From the NCBI GenBank assembly GCA_013265495.1, contig MU057724.1, forward strand, positions 1,503,102 through 1,567,101: 64,000 nt of DNA. Direction: 5' to 3'. The DNA comes from Vicugna vicugna. Taxonomy: Eukaryota. Below, one piece after another: positions 1 to 14,035 of this stretch. The notes beneath the pieces were generated by a model. The model saw only the letters and a program-made list of their open reading frames with translations, ran no database searches and was not told where the DNA came from. Within the stretch, counting starts at the first letter, position 1, and each line of letters begins with the position of its first letter. Both the position numbers and the translations under genes were made by a program.

Positions 1-3000
1 AGCGCTTCCCCGGCGCCTCCCCAGGCTCAGGCGGGCTCTGCCTGCGCACACGCACCTGCTGGCCTGGGGCTCCCGCTCGCCTCCGGCTGGAGTGTCCTCC
101 AATCAGATGTCCCCCAATCCTGCCTTCTGCCACAGGGCAGCTGAGTTTTACAAATTCCAGGAAGCTAATGGAGATCTCTCACACACTCCTCAGTCCCCCT
201 GTCTCTGAGCCTGGATACTGCCTGTAAAATGTACACAGAGGAGTGACAGCACGCTCCTCCTATAACAACCCCTAGCACTCAGCTCCATCCACCCCGTCGG
301 GGGGAGAGGCAGGGAGAGCATGTGAGTGCCTCTCACAAAGCGCGTCTCCTCGGAGCCGCACGTCCACAAGCCAGCTTCACACGCCGGCTACTCCTCGCCC
401 GGCCTGGCAAGTCTCCAGGTCCACACGGAGTCTTCAAATGCCAGCAGGTTCCACACGGCCCAGACACTCATCTCGGGTAAGAGACAAGGGGCTTTTTTTG
501 ATTCACATCTTTATAATAAAGGAATTATGTGTAAACAGATGAGGCGCCTCAAAACTTAAAAGAAATTACAGAAAGTAACATTTCATAGTATGTGAATTAG
601 ACAGAGTTCACTAACCAGTCAATTTGTAAAAAAGTTATCTGGCATAAAGGCAAATTACAAATAATCCTCAAATTTAACCAAGACAAACTTCTGGAGTTAA
701 GGGTGAGTTTCGCTTCACTGGATTTTGTGGTGAGCGTTTCCTCTGTTTGCTGACTGGGGTTCACCTCTGAACTTCTCCGCCTTATGCTACTTCAAGCATC
801 TCAGCGTTTCATCAGATCCACAAATCCCCTCTGTGGGAAGCGATGGCAGCAGGTGAGAATTCACAGGACTGTGCTTTCCGATAAAACTTTGGATCTGTGG
901 CCTCCCACCTCAAGTCCACCCCGCAGGGTCCGGCCCCGCCATGCTGGCAGGCATCCCCGGACCTCTGCCCCTTCCTGAGCTGGCGGCGCTAACCCACCTC
1001 CTTCCCCTCCTCTCCAGCCTCCAGCACCTCTCACCACGATTCCCCCTCAGGGGTGACCTTCATCCTTATTCCTCTGAGAAAATATAAGCTCCAAGAAGAT
1101 AATGACCATGATCTCCTCCCATCGCAGGACCACACTTCTGCTTGGGAAGGACCCCCACGCCATCTTGCACATCCCAGGTAAACGGGACCAGCCTCTGATA
1201 GAAATCCATGCTGATGAGGAGGAGGAATAAAAATACATGCACACACCAAAACACATTTTGTGTGTTTATCTGAAAATAAATAATCCAGTTCTAAGACGTG
1301 AGCATCTCTTTAGATACAAACAACCGCGGCAGCTCTGCCGCGAGACTAGGCGCTCACTCTGAAGCCAGCCTGCCTGTGTCAGTCAAAGCCTCAGACTGGA
1401 CTGTAAGGCTTCTAGTTAAAAACCTTTTGTGCATCAAGTAAAACGCTCTCTCGGAAATTTCAGGAAAAAAGGCATTTCATGTTTTCCTTTCACTTACACA
1501 GCACACAAAACTCAGGCCAGCTGGCGATTCTTACAGGGAAAACCCAACTTCAACGGCCTTATTTAGTAAAGTGCAGATGAACACGTTTTATACTTTAAAG
1601 CTACAACGACATGTATACATACAACTCCACGTAGTTTCTAATTAAGTCCGTTTATAACTCAGTCAGCGAGTGTCTGTGAGGTGCCTGCTGAGGTGATGGG
1701 GGCAGGTTGGACTGCAGGTGGCTACGGTCAAAGGCGGTGTTTATGAGCTCAAGGATGACGGCCTCCTGCAGCAGGTGGCAGGTGTGGAGACGCAGTTACA
1801 AGATAAAAGACTCGCTGGAGTCGATGTCCACATTAGGGGAAGCGGACTGAAGATCTGCTTGCGCACGTCACCCGGGTACGTGAGCAGAATCAAGAGAAGA
1901 AAGTCCAGGATGGGCTTCAGCGGGCCTGCAGACCGTGGGACAGCCAGTCCCCGTTTATTCAGCTACTAACTGACGGGGTAGAACTGGAGGAACTTCGGCT
2001 GACTTGTGTTAAAAATCTCCTTTCCTTTTCTTCCCACTTTGTATCAAAGCCATTGTAATGGCGATGGATGAGCCTTGCTGGTAACCAGTGGAAGAGAACC
2101 GTTTCACTCCTGGCATTTGTGTGACACGTTTTCTATCTGCGGCCAAGCGAGCAGAAAGCGTGCCAGATGAAAGCTCTGTAACGAGATCGAAGGTGGAGAG
2201 GGAAAAGCAGAGGCCGGCTCCACCAGGAGGGGGGAGCCATCAGCTCCTGCCAGAGCAGCAATGACGTTAGAAATTATTCAGCAACCGACAAGGAGCCATA
2301 AACCAAAGGTCCACTGGAGTAAGGATGGACAGGGTCTTCAGAATTAAATTTCTACCCAATCTCACTACTTCAGCGCTGTCCTATGGAAACTGTAAGATTA
2401 AGTCTTTGAAGAAAGAATGTTAAGTTTTTTTAAGCTAAGTTGGTTGCAGAGTTGGCTATCTTTTATGGCACATAAATGTCTCTTTTAGTTAATTATAAAT
2501 AATATACTCCTCGCTCTCCTTCACCAGCGCCTAATCAAAACGGTCCTCCCTTCTCAGGCCCCGTTCCCTCTCACCACTTCCACCCTTCCTAACACTGACT
2601 TTCAGTCGTCCGTTGATGCGCACATTGTTCGTACTTCATGCAAGCGTGTCGCATCCACTGGGGAAAAAGTGACTATTTGGATAGAGATTGAATAAATGAT
2701 AGAAACTTAAAATGCATACTGGTAACTAGGTTTACTGATTACACAGACCAAGTATTCCTCAGCGTACTTCTTTCCGGAACTCACTCGCTGAAAACAATGT
2801 GACCTGTGAGGTCTCCTTAGATGTCACGGCACCAGCCACTGTGTATTCTGGGTCCACTAAGTGCCTCTCATTTACAATCCACAACCATCATTAAAAGTAA
2901 AAATGAGACTCTAACAGGCGATTACCTCGTCCAAGCAGCACATCTCAGTGAGAAGTGAGAGCTTACACCCAGGTCTGCCCACATGCCGGCTCTTCGTTGG

Positions 3001-3255
3001 TCTATTTACCCTCATAAGAAAATAGACACAACGGATTGTACATCCATCAGAGGAAATAAGGAGAGGAAACTGAGGTGACGCCAGGTAAGAGCCACATTTC
3101 AGGCAAAATGGAAAGGAAACAGGTAAGATCAGAAATTGGGTGCTTGCAGTGGTTGGAAAGTGACATGCTCTTCAACCTGAACAGCAGGAGATGCAGCCCC
3201 TACCTGCCTCCTGAGGCCGAAAGCATGCAGAGCGCCACGTGCTGTGGAGCAGGCA

Positions 3256-3370
3256 GTGTGCGTGTGGTGCAGTGTGGTGTAGTATGGCGTGGTACAGTAT
3301 GGCATGGCATAGAAGGCGTGGCGTGGCACAGTGAGGCATAGCACGTTACGTTACGGTACAATAAGGTACA
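3256..3370. repeat. Degenerate 5-bp-period simple repeat (GTGGT/ATGGC/GTACA-like units)
   Basis: Visible pentamer periodicity: gtggt gcagt gtggt gtagt atggc gtggt acagt atggc atggc ... cgtta cgtta cggta. Confidence 0.7.
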
Positions 3371-4414
3371 GAACAGTCAGCTCTGGAGGACAAGTAGGTC
3401 AGCCCTGAAGAGGTGCCACAGGCGGGAAATATTCGCGCACCTGACCCTCAGGATTTCCCAGTCGCTGTGGAAGACTGACAGCTGTTCCTTCCTGTCCTTC
3501 ACACGCGCTTCACTGTGGGTCTCGGCTCCAGCCGGGAATTACCTGTGTGCGGGGAGGAGGAGAGGGAGGCAGGTAACCTGCATCTAATTTAAAAATCGTC
3601 ATAGCAGAGGGGGCCACATCCGGACCTGCTGAGAAGGACCACACATCACACACACATGCTGGACTTAGCGGTGGCCCCGTGGCTGTCCCGCTGGGGTCCG
3701 GGCCAAGGTGACTGACTGTGTGAAGAAGGGTGTGCAGGGCCAGAGGGGTGCCCTCTGGCAGAAACACTGGTCGTCCACACAAAACGAGGCTTCCTGTCCT
3801 TCCTACAGGCTGAGTCCCAGCCCACAGGGCGACTACGCTTCCCGACTCCACTACAACCAGACACGGTCGTGCAACTCTTCAAGCCCCGGGCCGTGACTGC
3901 ACGAGCTCCCTGCCGAGTCCGGGTGTGTTCCACACGGCCTCCCACTCACCTGCCTAGCTGTCTCTCCCTTCGCACTGGTGGGAGTAACCAGAGGCACCTT
4001 AAAGGACACCTGATCCAGAGAGAAGACTGGCCGTCATACGGTGTCTCTGACTGTCTTGGTGGGAGAGGCACTTCCAAGCTGCATGGTGAGGTATGATTAT
4101 GTTTAAAACGTGTGTGAATTCTTACATGAGAAACAAAGTGCTTTATCCTTAAAACCTTGTTGTCTGGAGATCTCACGCTATCGTAACTAGGCCTTTGACC
4201 CTGATTAAAACCCATCACAAGACCGTTAGACAGTTCACGTCAATTAAAATAATTATGTCGCGACTCCTAGCAGGAGACAAGACACTAGAGATTATCCGGG
4301 AAAAACAGGGCTCTTAGGTCACTGAAGGTGTCCGGGGAAAGAACACAATGAAATTAGTACACAAGTGAGTGACACATGAGGTGTGGGACAATCATGCTCC
4401 ATAAAAGAAGCTGA

Positions 4415-4571
4415 GGGTGGGAGGGTGCAGCTCAGTGGTAGAGCGTGTGCTTAGCATATGCGAGGTCCTGGGTTCAGTCCCCAGCACCTCCATCGAAACA
4501 GACAAACAAACCTGATTACCTCCTCCCCCACCAAAAAAAAAGACAAAAAATAAATGGTTAAAAAAAAAAAA
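4415..4571 (+). mobile_element. tRNA-derived SINE, camelid Vic-1-like
   Basis: GG-rich head, A-box (gcagctcagtggtagagc), B-box-like (gggttcagtccc), then cctgattacctcc and an A-rich tail. Family name from remembered consensus. Confidence 0.85.
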
Positions 4572-4653
4572 CACCTGAAAAGTAGAATTAAAAGAAGTCA
4601 GCAAGGGCCAAATGCATTCGGGAGAAGTCAGAGGACTTCTCAGAAGTGGAGGG

Positions 4654-4740
4654 TTTTTCAACGGGGGTGCTGGGGATGAACCCACGACCTCGCACCTGCT
4701 GAGCACTGGCCCTGCCACTGAGCTGCGCCCGCACGCCCCC
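4654..4740 (-). mobile_element. Second, short and diverged copy of the same tRNA-derived SINE
   Basis: Reverse complement gcagctcagtggcagggccagtgctcagcaggtgcgaggtcgtgggttcatccccagcacc aligns by eye with the SINE head at 4415-4491. Confidence 0.75.
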
Positions 4741-7284
4741 CTCCTCGGGGTGGAGCTCTGACAGGGGTGAGGTCACATCAGGGGCATCAGGGAGAGAGGC
4801 CCTACCGTCTCTCACGTGCTTATTCAAATATGCGACGCCCTCCAGGCTGGGGGCACCGACACAAGTCCTGCAGGAGAAGCGCAGGACGCGCGGAGCTGAA
4901 TAAACACCGGCAGGGACGGATGAAGGAAGCCCAGCTGAGCAGATGGCGCTCCATGACACGTTACCCTTCCCAGCAGCCTTTCTTCTCCCTGCAAAACCGT
5001 AAAGTTACTAGAACCCACCTCCTGCTGTGGCGGTTTTCAGGGTTAAACGAGCTACAGATGCAAAGCGTCCTGACTGCTGGCGGCCGCCCCGGTGTCCTGT
5101 CCTCGCTCCTCACCGCCATGCTGTGACTTGGGTCCAGTCTTGATGGGCAGAGCTCACGCCGACTTAGTAGCAAGAACAGCTTGTACAAACTGTAAACTCA
5201 AGACTATTCAGGGGACGGGGGGCAGTTTGATTTCATGTGACCTGCGCTTGTGCCCCTGGACCGGCACAGGGACTCAGGGTGCTCTGACCCACGGGGGCCA
5301 GGCGGCACTGGGCGCCCTTGAGCAGGAAGCTTCACATTCAAGTTTCTAGAGGCGCGGTTGCTCAGACTACAATTCAGAGAAACTGGTCGCAGCTGACCCG
5401 ACAGGAGGCTGTCCTGGTCCCGCGAGCAGGAGTCGGAGCGAAGAGACAGAGGCAAAGCTGTGGGGTGACAGTGGAGGCGCTTTGAGGAGCATCACAAGAT
5501 GGAAAGTGTGGAATTTGGCAACTGATCCTGCGTGGGAACTGAAGCTCCGAGGTCTCCGGGGACCAGGACAAAGCCGGGGACGAAGGGAAAAGCACACCCC
5601 CAGTGCCGACCTGGGGACGTCGGGTGAACGCGGTTGTGGACACGTCTCCGTGGAGGGGGGACATTCACTCAGCTGCTGGAAGCTTCAGACGGGAGGCTGG
5701 AGACCCGGCCGGGTGCCAGCCGGGCTGCAGCTCCCCGGGGTGGGAGCGGGCAGCAGAGGCAGAGAAGAGCCAGGCGGCCTGGCGGGCCCTCTGAGCCAGG
5801 AGGCCCTCCGCTCGTTACTTTGAAGAGGGTCTTCCATAAGTACGCGTGTGAGCCGCGCTGCGCGGTTCGTCCTCGCCTCTGTCCCTGCACGTCCACACCC
5901 GCGACGCGGCCACCCCATCAACAGCCCTGCTGACTCCACACCCGCAACCCTGTCACCTGGGGCGTGAGAGGATGTCGCCAAATGAGACCGAGATGGTTTG
6001 CGTAACTCCTTTAGCAAATGAATGCATGTGCTGGTTTGACCTCCGTTCTCTCAGAAAATGTTCTGTCTGAACTAGAGACAAACACGGGACTGAGAATGAA
6101 TCAGGAAAAACAGATCTCCAATGCCAGTAAACAAACCAACAACAAGAAACCCTGGTTTTTAGCAAATTTACTAGGGCCATGATTTTGGTAGATGCACTGT
6201 TTCAGTAGACTTGTTATTTCGTCCCTTGTATCCATCTTGGTGACAAGTTTATTTGAAAGTTTATTTCATCCAACTTTATAAGTTTCCCAACGTGTATGTG
6301 ATGTTTTTCTTCCCCGTCTACTGACCCAAAGGGTTTCTGTTCTTTTCTTCCAAATAACCCAGAATTCTTCATTAAATACTCAAGCATTATCAGAATTCTC
6401 TATTCTCTCTTTGCACATATGCACACACACAGTTTAGGCTAATTCATAATTTAGAATAATTTGTAATCCTTCCAGAGATTACAATAATATACCTTGTCTT
6501 GAAAACTAAATTATAAGACATTAAATTATTCCTTCTCCAGTTATCGTGAATTTCACCCAACTGAGATGGGGCGACTGACTTCTTAGAATATTTTTACAAA
6601 AGATTAACATTAAATGAAATATTGGAACCACCTAACAGGGCCCCTAGGATTTGCTGACTTGAAGCTTTGGTTTTAGTCACACCTGCATATAAGTCACTGA
6701 AACTCTCTGAAACAAAGACCTCGTTTGTAGACGGGGTACCTGATTGCTTCTCACCTCCCTGGGACCTGAACATTAAAGACAGCTGAGTGTGTGTCAGACA
6801 CGGTCCTCGCACCGTGGGCGATGTCTGGTGGAAATGGCCTTGGAGCCACAACAGCAGTGGTGGCAACAGCAGAGGTAGAGGATTTGCTCGTTTACTTCTA
6901 AAGTCCAGGTGAACACTGACCAGAGACCAGTCTGGTGGTCGGTAAGGACGTGACAGTGAATACAGTTACCCCCAGAGAAAGTAACGAGTGAGGAGGGAAC
7001 GATGTGAGCTCCCCAACCTGAGCAGACAATGGAGGGAGAGGACCCGGCAGCAGAACACGCGGAGGAGAAGACGGGGTAAGTCCGGGAGGAAGGCACCGTG
7101 GCCCCTGCCAGAGTCTCAAAACTGGAACCCTGGAAACCCTGGAAAAGCATGGGATGGACTGAAAAATCATCTGTCCTCCAAGTAGCCAAGGATGATGAGT
7201 TGAACAAAAAAAAAAAAAACTAAAATGGAGGCAGTAAAAATAGTATCTCTTGCGAGGCTTTATGGTAAGAGAAGAGAGAAAAAA

Positions 7285-7492
7285 AGGTCAGCCTTGGGAG
7301 GTTTGGGGATGCGCTTGCCTGTGAATAAAGTTTTATTGACATGCACCACGCCCATTCGTTTGCACATGGAGGACGCCTGCTTCCTGGCTGCCCCACCCGG
7401 ACAGCGCTGAGAGGGTGTGGCCAAGACCACGTGACCTGCGAAGCCCCAGCCACTAACCCCCGGCTTCTGCCGGAAACAGTTACGGCCCTTTG
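7285..7492 (-). mobile_element. MER58A-like hAT-Charlie non-autonomous DNA transposon relic
   Basis: aataaagttttattg...cacgcccattcgttt...gctg...agaccacgtgacctgcgaagcc matches the remembered MER58A consensus in reverse. Confidence 0.7.
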
Positions 7493-10400
7493 CTCCGATT
7501 GATCCTGGAAATGCTGACTGTGGGACTCGCAGACAGAAAGTGCCTGCTCTTCGTTGATGATGTATGTTGTGCAATAAGCTGTTTGTGCAGATTTATTACT
7601 TTATGCAGATGCTAGTTCTCCCTTCCCGACTAATGAGCTTCTAAATTCCGTGAAGAATACACTCTGTGTCCTGGTAACTTATTTTCAGTGTATCACAAAC
7701 CAGAAACAACAAAGACCAGCGTTACTCTGTCAACAATGCAAAACTAAACGTAATCTGAAACCAAAAGAATCTTCACCAAAACATAGTTTAAAAAAAACTA
7801 TGAAAATAAAAAAGCTTTCCTTACCTCCTACCATTTGAAGTCTTTTTTTAGAATAAATGATTGAACTCATGTGCAATAAAGTACAAATCAGTGAGTATAT
7901 TTTATCATTTCTATATTGATTTTTTAATATCCCGAGTCACTCAATGAATCATCAAATAAGTAAGGAAATATTGTAAAAAGTATTTTTCTCACAGATGTGT
8001 GTAGTGTGATGGGCACAGATACCAACACACTTGTTTCTGTAAACACTGCCTTGGTGAGTTATGGTGTCTACGGAGCCCAATAAAAGTATACGCCAAATTC
8101 AATTCCATTTCATTGCAAATTTCTAAGGCTGTATACTCGATTTCAGAAATGCTAAAAATTATTTGTTGGTTCTAGGCACAGACAGTAAGTATTTCTTCGA
8201 TCTTCTAGGAAATGAAAAATGGTATCTGACCTCAAATAATCTGCACAAGGAGCAAAACTGGACGTGAAAGTCTCAGTGGTGCACGTGCACAGCTGCCAAG
8301 TTCTGAAGTGTCTAACTGATGCCTGTGCAATAAAGACTAAATAATGAGTCAAATCATTAGGAACGAAGCGTACATATGGCTTATCTGCTTTTAATGAGGA
8401 TTTTAGTGTTTGCAAAGACCAAAAGGTGCAACATTTCTCTCATTGACAGATTTTTTTTTTATTACTGTCCTTCAGAGAGTCTGGATGTTTTCAATATAAA
8501 AGACAGCCACAGATTTCCAAAGTGAATTGGGAGCAAGTGACTTACAAGCACAATACATCATAACAATGTGATTTAAAAAGACCTTATTTAAGTCATAATA
8601 AAGCACTAGCAAGAGGTTAATGTAACCCCCCCCACAAAGTTTAGAATGTTTTGAATCCACTGACTAGAACAGATAAGAAGCAAGATCTAATCTATCTTCA
8701 TTTGTTGACCATTAATACAAAGGAAATTTCACTTTATATTCTATGTTTTCTTAAGACTAAAATGGTTGTATCAAAAGAAGTACATGAATTAAAATTATAA
8801 AACAGGGCATGGGACAGACGCATTGGAAGGCAGTGATGGTAAATGCACAAAGGCCTTCCCATGTGTCCCTGACTTGGCTCCACGCAGTCAGTGTGCCTGG
8901 TAAAGCATTCTACACATCACCAGCGCTCTTCTCCCTTTCGCTGCCAACACGGCTCAATGACGGCAGGTGCACTGGGGGAGCGTGCCCTGTGTACACCCAG
9001 GGCGGGGGGGGGGGCTCACCCGCTCCGGAACTCTCAGGAGGACACAGGAATGAGTAGACATACAATGTTTTACTTACCCATAATTTTGTTATGTGGTCAG
9101 TTAGCTTTTTAAGGAATGACGCAGTTATTACATGTGTATATATAATAGCTGAATGCCTCTAAATCGTCAAGGGCGGTGACAGTGATTTCTCAAGACAGAA
9201 ACTGTCAGTAATGCACACTTCAACCGCCTGATATTTGAGCCTTTGTTACAAAAAGACCGCGCATACTTGAACCATTGTCCTAGGCACTTATTTCCTCTAT
9301 TAGAAAGGACATTCTTGAATAAGAAAGAATATATCTCATTTATTTCTGGATGCTACCCTCCCTGTACCATTATCACATATTTTGCATTTAATGTCTGTTC
9401 AAAAATGTTGCCTTTACTTGAGACGCTTGGGTTCTCCTAATCCAAGTCCGGTAAAGAAAGCAACACGTCCGCTGGAGCGAGCGTGTCTCACCCATCACCA
9501 CACAGAGATGGAGAGCCACTGACGCTGAGCTGCAGCGTATATACAACCTCGAGCTCTGGCTTAGGGACTCTTCTGAATTTTCAGAAGTGGCTGGAATACT
9601 GGCAGGCTAGTCTTTACTGGCCAGTTCCCTTGACTTAATTCTGATCCAAATTGCCCGTGTGAGTCACAATTCCTGGAACGAAGAGCCACCGTGGAAAGCA
9701 GCCTGGGGAGGGGACGCCGGCTGTGCAGTGGTCCCAGAAATAAACATGAACACTGGAAGGAGCAGCATGCTCCCCAGACAGAGGCTGGTTGGTTTATCCC
9801 CCAGCTCTGAGTAGCTGTTGTCGTTAAAATGAGATTATATTTAGGTTTCTAATGTTTTCTAAGTATCCTTTTGCATTTACTCTGGACTAATCAATTTTAA
9901 ATTTAATTTTCCAGATATTTAATTGCATCTTGCTCAACCATTAAGTACTGTGATGTATTATCGGAGTGAATTCGAACCTACCAAATGTCATGTGTTTGTG
10001 CCAAGTAGTTATTTTCAGCAGTTTTCCCATTCACTTGTTCGGGATACAGAAGCATCAATAACTTCTAGACGTGAATAATGTATCGAACAAAGTTCAGCTC
10101 AATAGCACTAATCCACTTTTACATAAAAATCAATTGCTCCCTTTTTGGCATTCAATTCCATCTTGGTCCCTCATCAATATCTACTCATGTGACATTCTTG
10201 AGGGGAAAAAAACAACCAAGACAGCTGAAATGTACCACTATTTCTATAATAAAAACATGAGAAGCACATACATCTGTCAGAAGACATCTTCTCAGTATAA
10301 TGAAGGGGTACTCTGAAGCCAGAATAGTTGGTTAACTTGTACACCTTACCAGCTCTTGGCTGGAAGTGTACAGGAGAACCCAGTATCTTGAATAATTTCT

Positions 10401-10514
10401 TCACCACTTTCATAATAATTCTGATCCACGGGAGACAGTGGTGAAGTTGTGACGGGCCCTGGAGGTCCTCTGACCTGCACTCATGCACAGTTTTCTCCCA
10501 CGCAGCCCTCCCAG

Positions 10515-11023
10515 TGTCACATAAAAGAACAAGACCGACTCCACGCTAAATCCATTCCCTTAGCGCTCACACTGTGCTCGGCTTCCCGTGCTGAGTCATG
10601 CTGCTTCTGCACCTTTTGTAAAAGAAGGTTGCCTAGAGCCTGAAACACACAGAACAGCTCATTCTCAAGACTCTGACCTTTAAAGGTGCAACATTTTCCC
10701 ATTCATATAGGGATTGAAAGTTGCAGAATAGAAAATAACATTTGTCTTACAGGAACGCTACAACTTGGCCCACGTGGACAGCTGCAAGAACAAAAGATTC
10801 CAACACCAAGATGTCTGCAAAAACCAATCACGCCCCCTCCCATTTTTAGTATAAAAGGAGCCTGAATTCTGACTTGGGGAAGATGGTTCTCCAGAACATT
10901 GGTCTGGCATCATCTCTGTCTGCTGGTTTTCCGAATAACGTTGCTATTTCTTGCCCCAACACCTCATCTCCTGATTCACTGGCCTGTTGTGCAGCGAGCA
11001 GAATGAGTTTGGACTTGGTAACA
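10515..11023 (+). mobile_element. ERV1-like solo LTR (same family as 29703-30224)
   Basis: TG...CA ends (tgtcac...ttggtaaca), TATA-like tataaaa (~10849), extensive similarity to 29703-30224 including an identical gttgcagaatagaaaataacatttgtctt block. No clear TSD or PBS. Confidence 0.8.
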
Positions 11024-11181
11024 TTATCACCTTTTATTTCTCATTGGATCAGTTGTGAAAGAGTGCATTTGGCTGATCCTGGGTCCACAGCCCTGTTTTC
11101 TGGGTCCCACCCATCCTGTCTTTACATAATACACCCCAAGCATAAACCTCGGGTCCCCAGGATCAAAAACAAGTCTCTCAG

Positions 11182-11387
11182 TAGTTCTGTCTGCTAGAAC
11201 TCTCTTTGTGATAGAACTGTCCTTTATCTGTGCTGTCTAATGTGGTCACCACTGGCCACAATTGGCTGGCAAGCACTAGAGATGTGACTGGTGGAACTGA
11301 GGTAGGGAAATGTTAATACCATGTAATTTAATCAACGTAAGTGTGTATATCCATGCGTGGCTAGTGCTACCATCTTGGACAGCAGAG
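11182..11387 (+). mobile_element. MER3-like hAT-Charlie MITE
   Basis: tatctgtgctgtctaat...ccactggccaca..tggct..agcact...gtggctagtgctaccatcttggacagc matches the remembered MER3 consensus. Confidence 0.75.
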
Positions 11388-11774
11388 CCTGGAGCAGCTG
11401 AGAGAGAACAGTGTCCGGTCACCGGGGCTGCGGCTCTCAAACCAAGCTCTAGACGCGGTTGCCTTCAAGCCTTGTTCTCTAATCCGACAGGCGTGTGTTC
11501 TTCAGACTCAAATTCCTTAAGCACTAGGTAACTTTTTCGAAAGCCTGTGCAGAACTCTCATGGCCTAAAGAACTAAACTCCAGCTTCTAAGACTGGCATT
11601 CCAGAGTCCTCAAAATTTAGACCCTCTTTGTCCCCTGAAGTTCCTCTTTCCAAGTGACCATTGCTGCCAAGGTGGTCTGTTCACTGTGCTCTGAACACAT
11701 TCACGATTTTCTTCTCTGCTCACTCCGGTTTTCTCACCTGGGGTGCCCTCCGCACATCTGGGCATCAAACTGGC

Positions 11775-14035
11775 AAGTACTGCCATCTTAATGATATTAC
11801 TTCTTCAATTCATTAATATGAGATATCTTTCCATTTATTTTGGTCTTCTTTAATTTTTTTTAAATACATATTATTGTTTCCTTAAAAAATAACTTTTAAA
11901 GTTCCCTGTTAAATGTATTCTTAAGTGTTCTATTCTTTTTTGATCTAAAAAACAGAAATCACTTCCTTCATTCAGTTTCACTGCACTTCTCGCTAGCTCG
12001 GAGAAATGTGACTGGTTTTTATACACTGATCTCGTATTGCTGCGACTCGGATGGACTTATTTATTATTTCCAGCCATTGTTAGTGGGTTCCTTAAGGTTT
12101 TCTATATACAAAATCACATCTTCTCTAAATAGAGATGATTCTGCTTGCTTCCGAGGTAACACCTTTCATTTACTTATTTTTTTTTTCTTGCCTTAGTGCC
12201 CTGGCTAGAAATCCCAAGACACAAATGAACAGAAGTGGAGAGGACAGCCTTTCAGATCTTCAGGGGAGAAACTGAAAGCCGTGAGCTCTGGGCTTTTCTT
12301 AGATGCTTTTTATCAGCTGAGAAGCTTTTCTGCTAGTCCGAATTTGTTGAGGATTTTTATCATGAAATGGTGCTGAATTTTGCCAAATGTTGTTTTCTGT
12401 GTATTGAGATAATTGCATTTTTTCCCTTTATCTTATTTATATAGTGAATTACATTGACTTTCAGATGTTAGACCAATCTTGCATCCTTGGGATAAATCCC
12501 ACTTGGCTGTGATACATGACATTTTATACATGTTACTGGATTCTGTTAGCTAGTATTTGCTTGAGGATTTTTGCGTCTATACAAGAGATACGGTCTCTGA
12601 TTGTGATACCTTTGTCTGGATTTGGTATCAGAGTAACACTGGCCTCATAGAGTATGTCTGAAGTTATTTCCAACTCTTGCAAGTTTTGAAAGAGTTAGTG
12701 ATGAATTGCTATTAGTTCTTCTTTAAAAGTTTGTTAGAATTCACCAGGGAAGCCATCTGAGCCTGGACTTTCCTTCACAGGCAGTTTTTAAAAATCACTA
12801 ACTGAATATCGTTGTTTGTTTTGCTCTTTGAAGGTTTCCTGTCTCTTCCAGTGCTAGTTTCGGTAGTAAGCCTGGGGATCTGCTTCCTCTGATCGTGCGG
12901 TTTGTGGTGCAGTTATCCACTGCGTGCCCTTATAATCCTTTTTCTGTTTGAAAGGAGTATCTCCTCTTTCTAATACTGATAATTCGGGTGTTCTGTCTCT
13001 TTTTGACTAGTTTAGCTAAAGTCTACCAATTATGTTGGTCTTTCTAAATAACCAACTTGGCCTTTCTCTTCTCTATTGTATTTTCTCTTCTTTACTTCAT
13101 CAATTTCTCCTCCTCTTTTTTCAGTTTCTTAAGGTAGGAGATTAGGCTAGATTTGTGATATTATTTTCATTATTAATATAGGCATTTACAGCTCTGAGGG
13201 TCCGATAACCGCAGATTGAGCTGCACCCCATAGTCTTGACATGTTATGTTTTCATTGATTCATCTCACAGTATTTTGCAATGGTTCTTGTGATTTCCTCC
13301 ATAGTTATTGGTTATTTAGCAAAGTGTTGTTTAAAATTTTCCACATATTTTAAATATCCCTCCCAAATATTTTGCTATTGATTTCTAATTTCAACCCATT
13401 GTGGTCACAGAACATATTTTGTGTGATTTCAGTCATTTTACATGTACTGACTGTTATTTTATGGCTGAACACATGGTCTGTCCAGAGAATGTTCCACGTT
13501 GTGTGATGCTGGTGGAGTGTTCTGCTGGTGTCTGTTCATGGCAGTTGGTTCAAACTGGTTTTAAAGTCTTCCATAACCTTGTGGATATTCTAATTCTTCT
13601 ATCCATGATGGAAAGTGTGGTACTGGAACCTCTGACCATCATTGCTAAATTGTCTATTCTTTCCTCAGCTTTTTTTTTCTCTTTTGCCCCATGTGTTCGG
13701 GGCTCTGTTTCTAGGGGCGTATGTCCTCAGAATGGTGGTATCTTCCTGGTGGATTGTGGACAATAAAACATTTCTGTTCTGTCCAGGAACGTTTTTGCTT
13801 TAGTATCTAATTTATCTGACACTAGCCCAGCCTCTGGAACTCCCTTGGTTCTTGTTTTCAGAGCACATCTTTCCCACCCTTTCACTTTCAACCTATTTGT
13901 AGACTTGTATCTCAAGTGAGTGTCCCATAGACAGGGTACAGCTGGGTTTCATTTTTTTGCGTTTGTTTGTTTTTGAAATGCAGACTGACAATCTCTGGTT
14001 TTTGATTAGGTTTTTAGACTAAGTTTAATGTGAAT
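11775..14035 (-). mobile_element. Old, degraded LINE-1 fragment (ORF2 region)
   Basis: Antisense L1 motifs (ttccatttattttggtcttc, gggataaatcccacttgg, tagaattcaccagggaagcc, tcccaccctttcactttcaacc). ORF remnant STNRLKVKGW at 13727-13915. Confidence 0.85.

Noticed and set aside
4415..4491. tRNA gene
   Set aside because: The tRNA-like head continues into a SINE body and A-rich tail, and related diverged copies occur at 4654 and 16328
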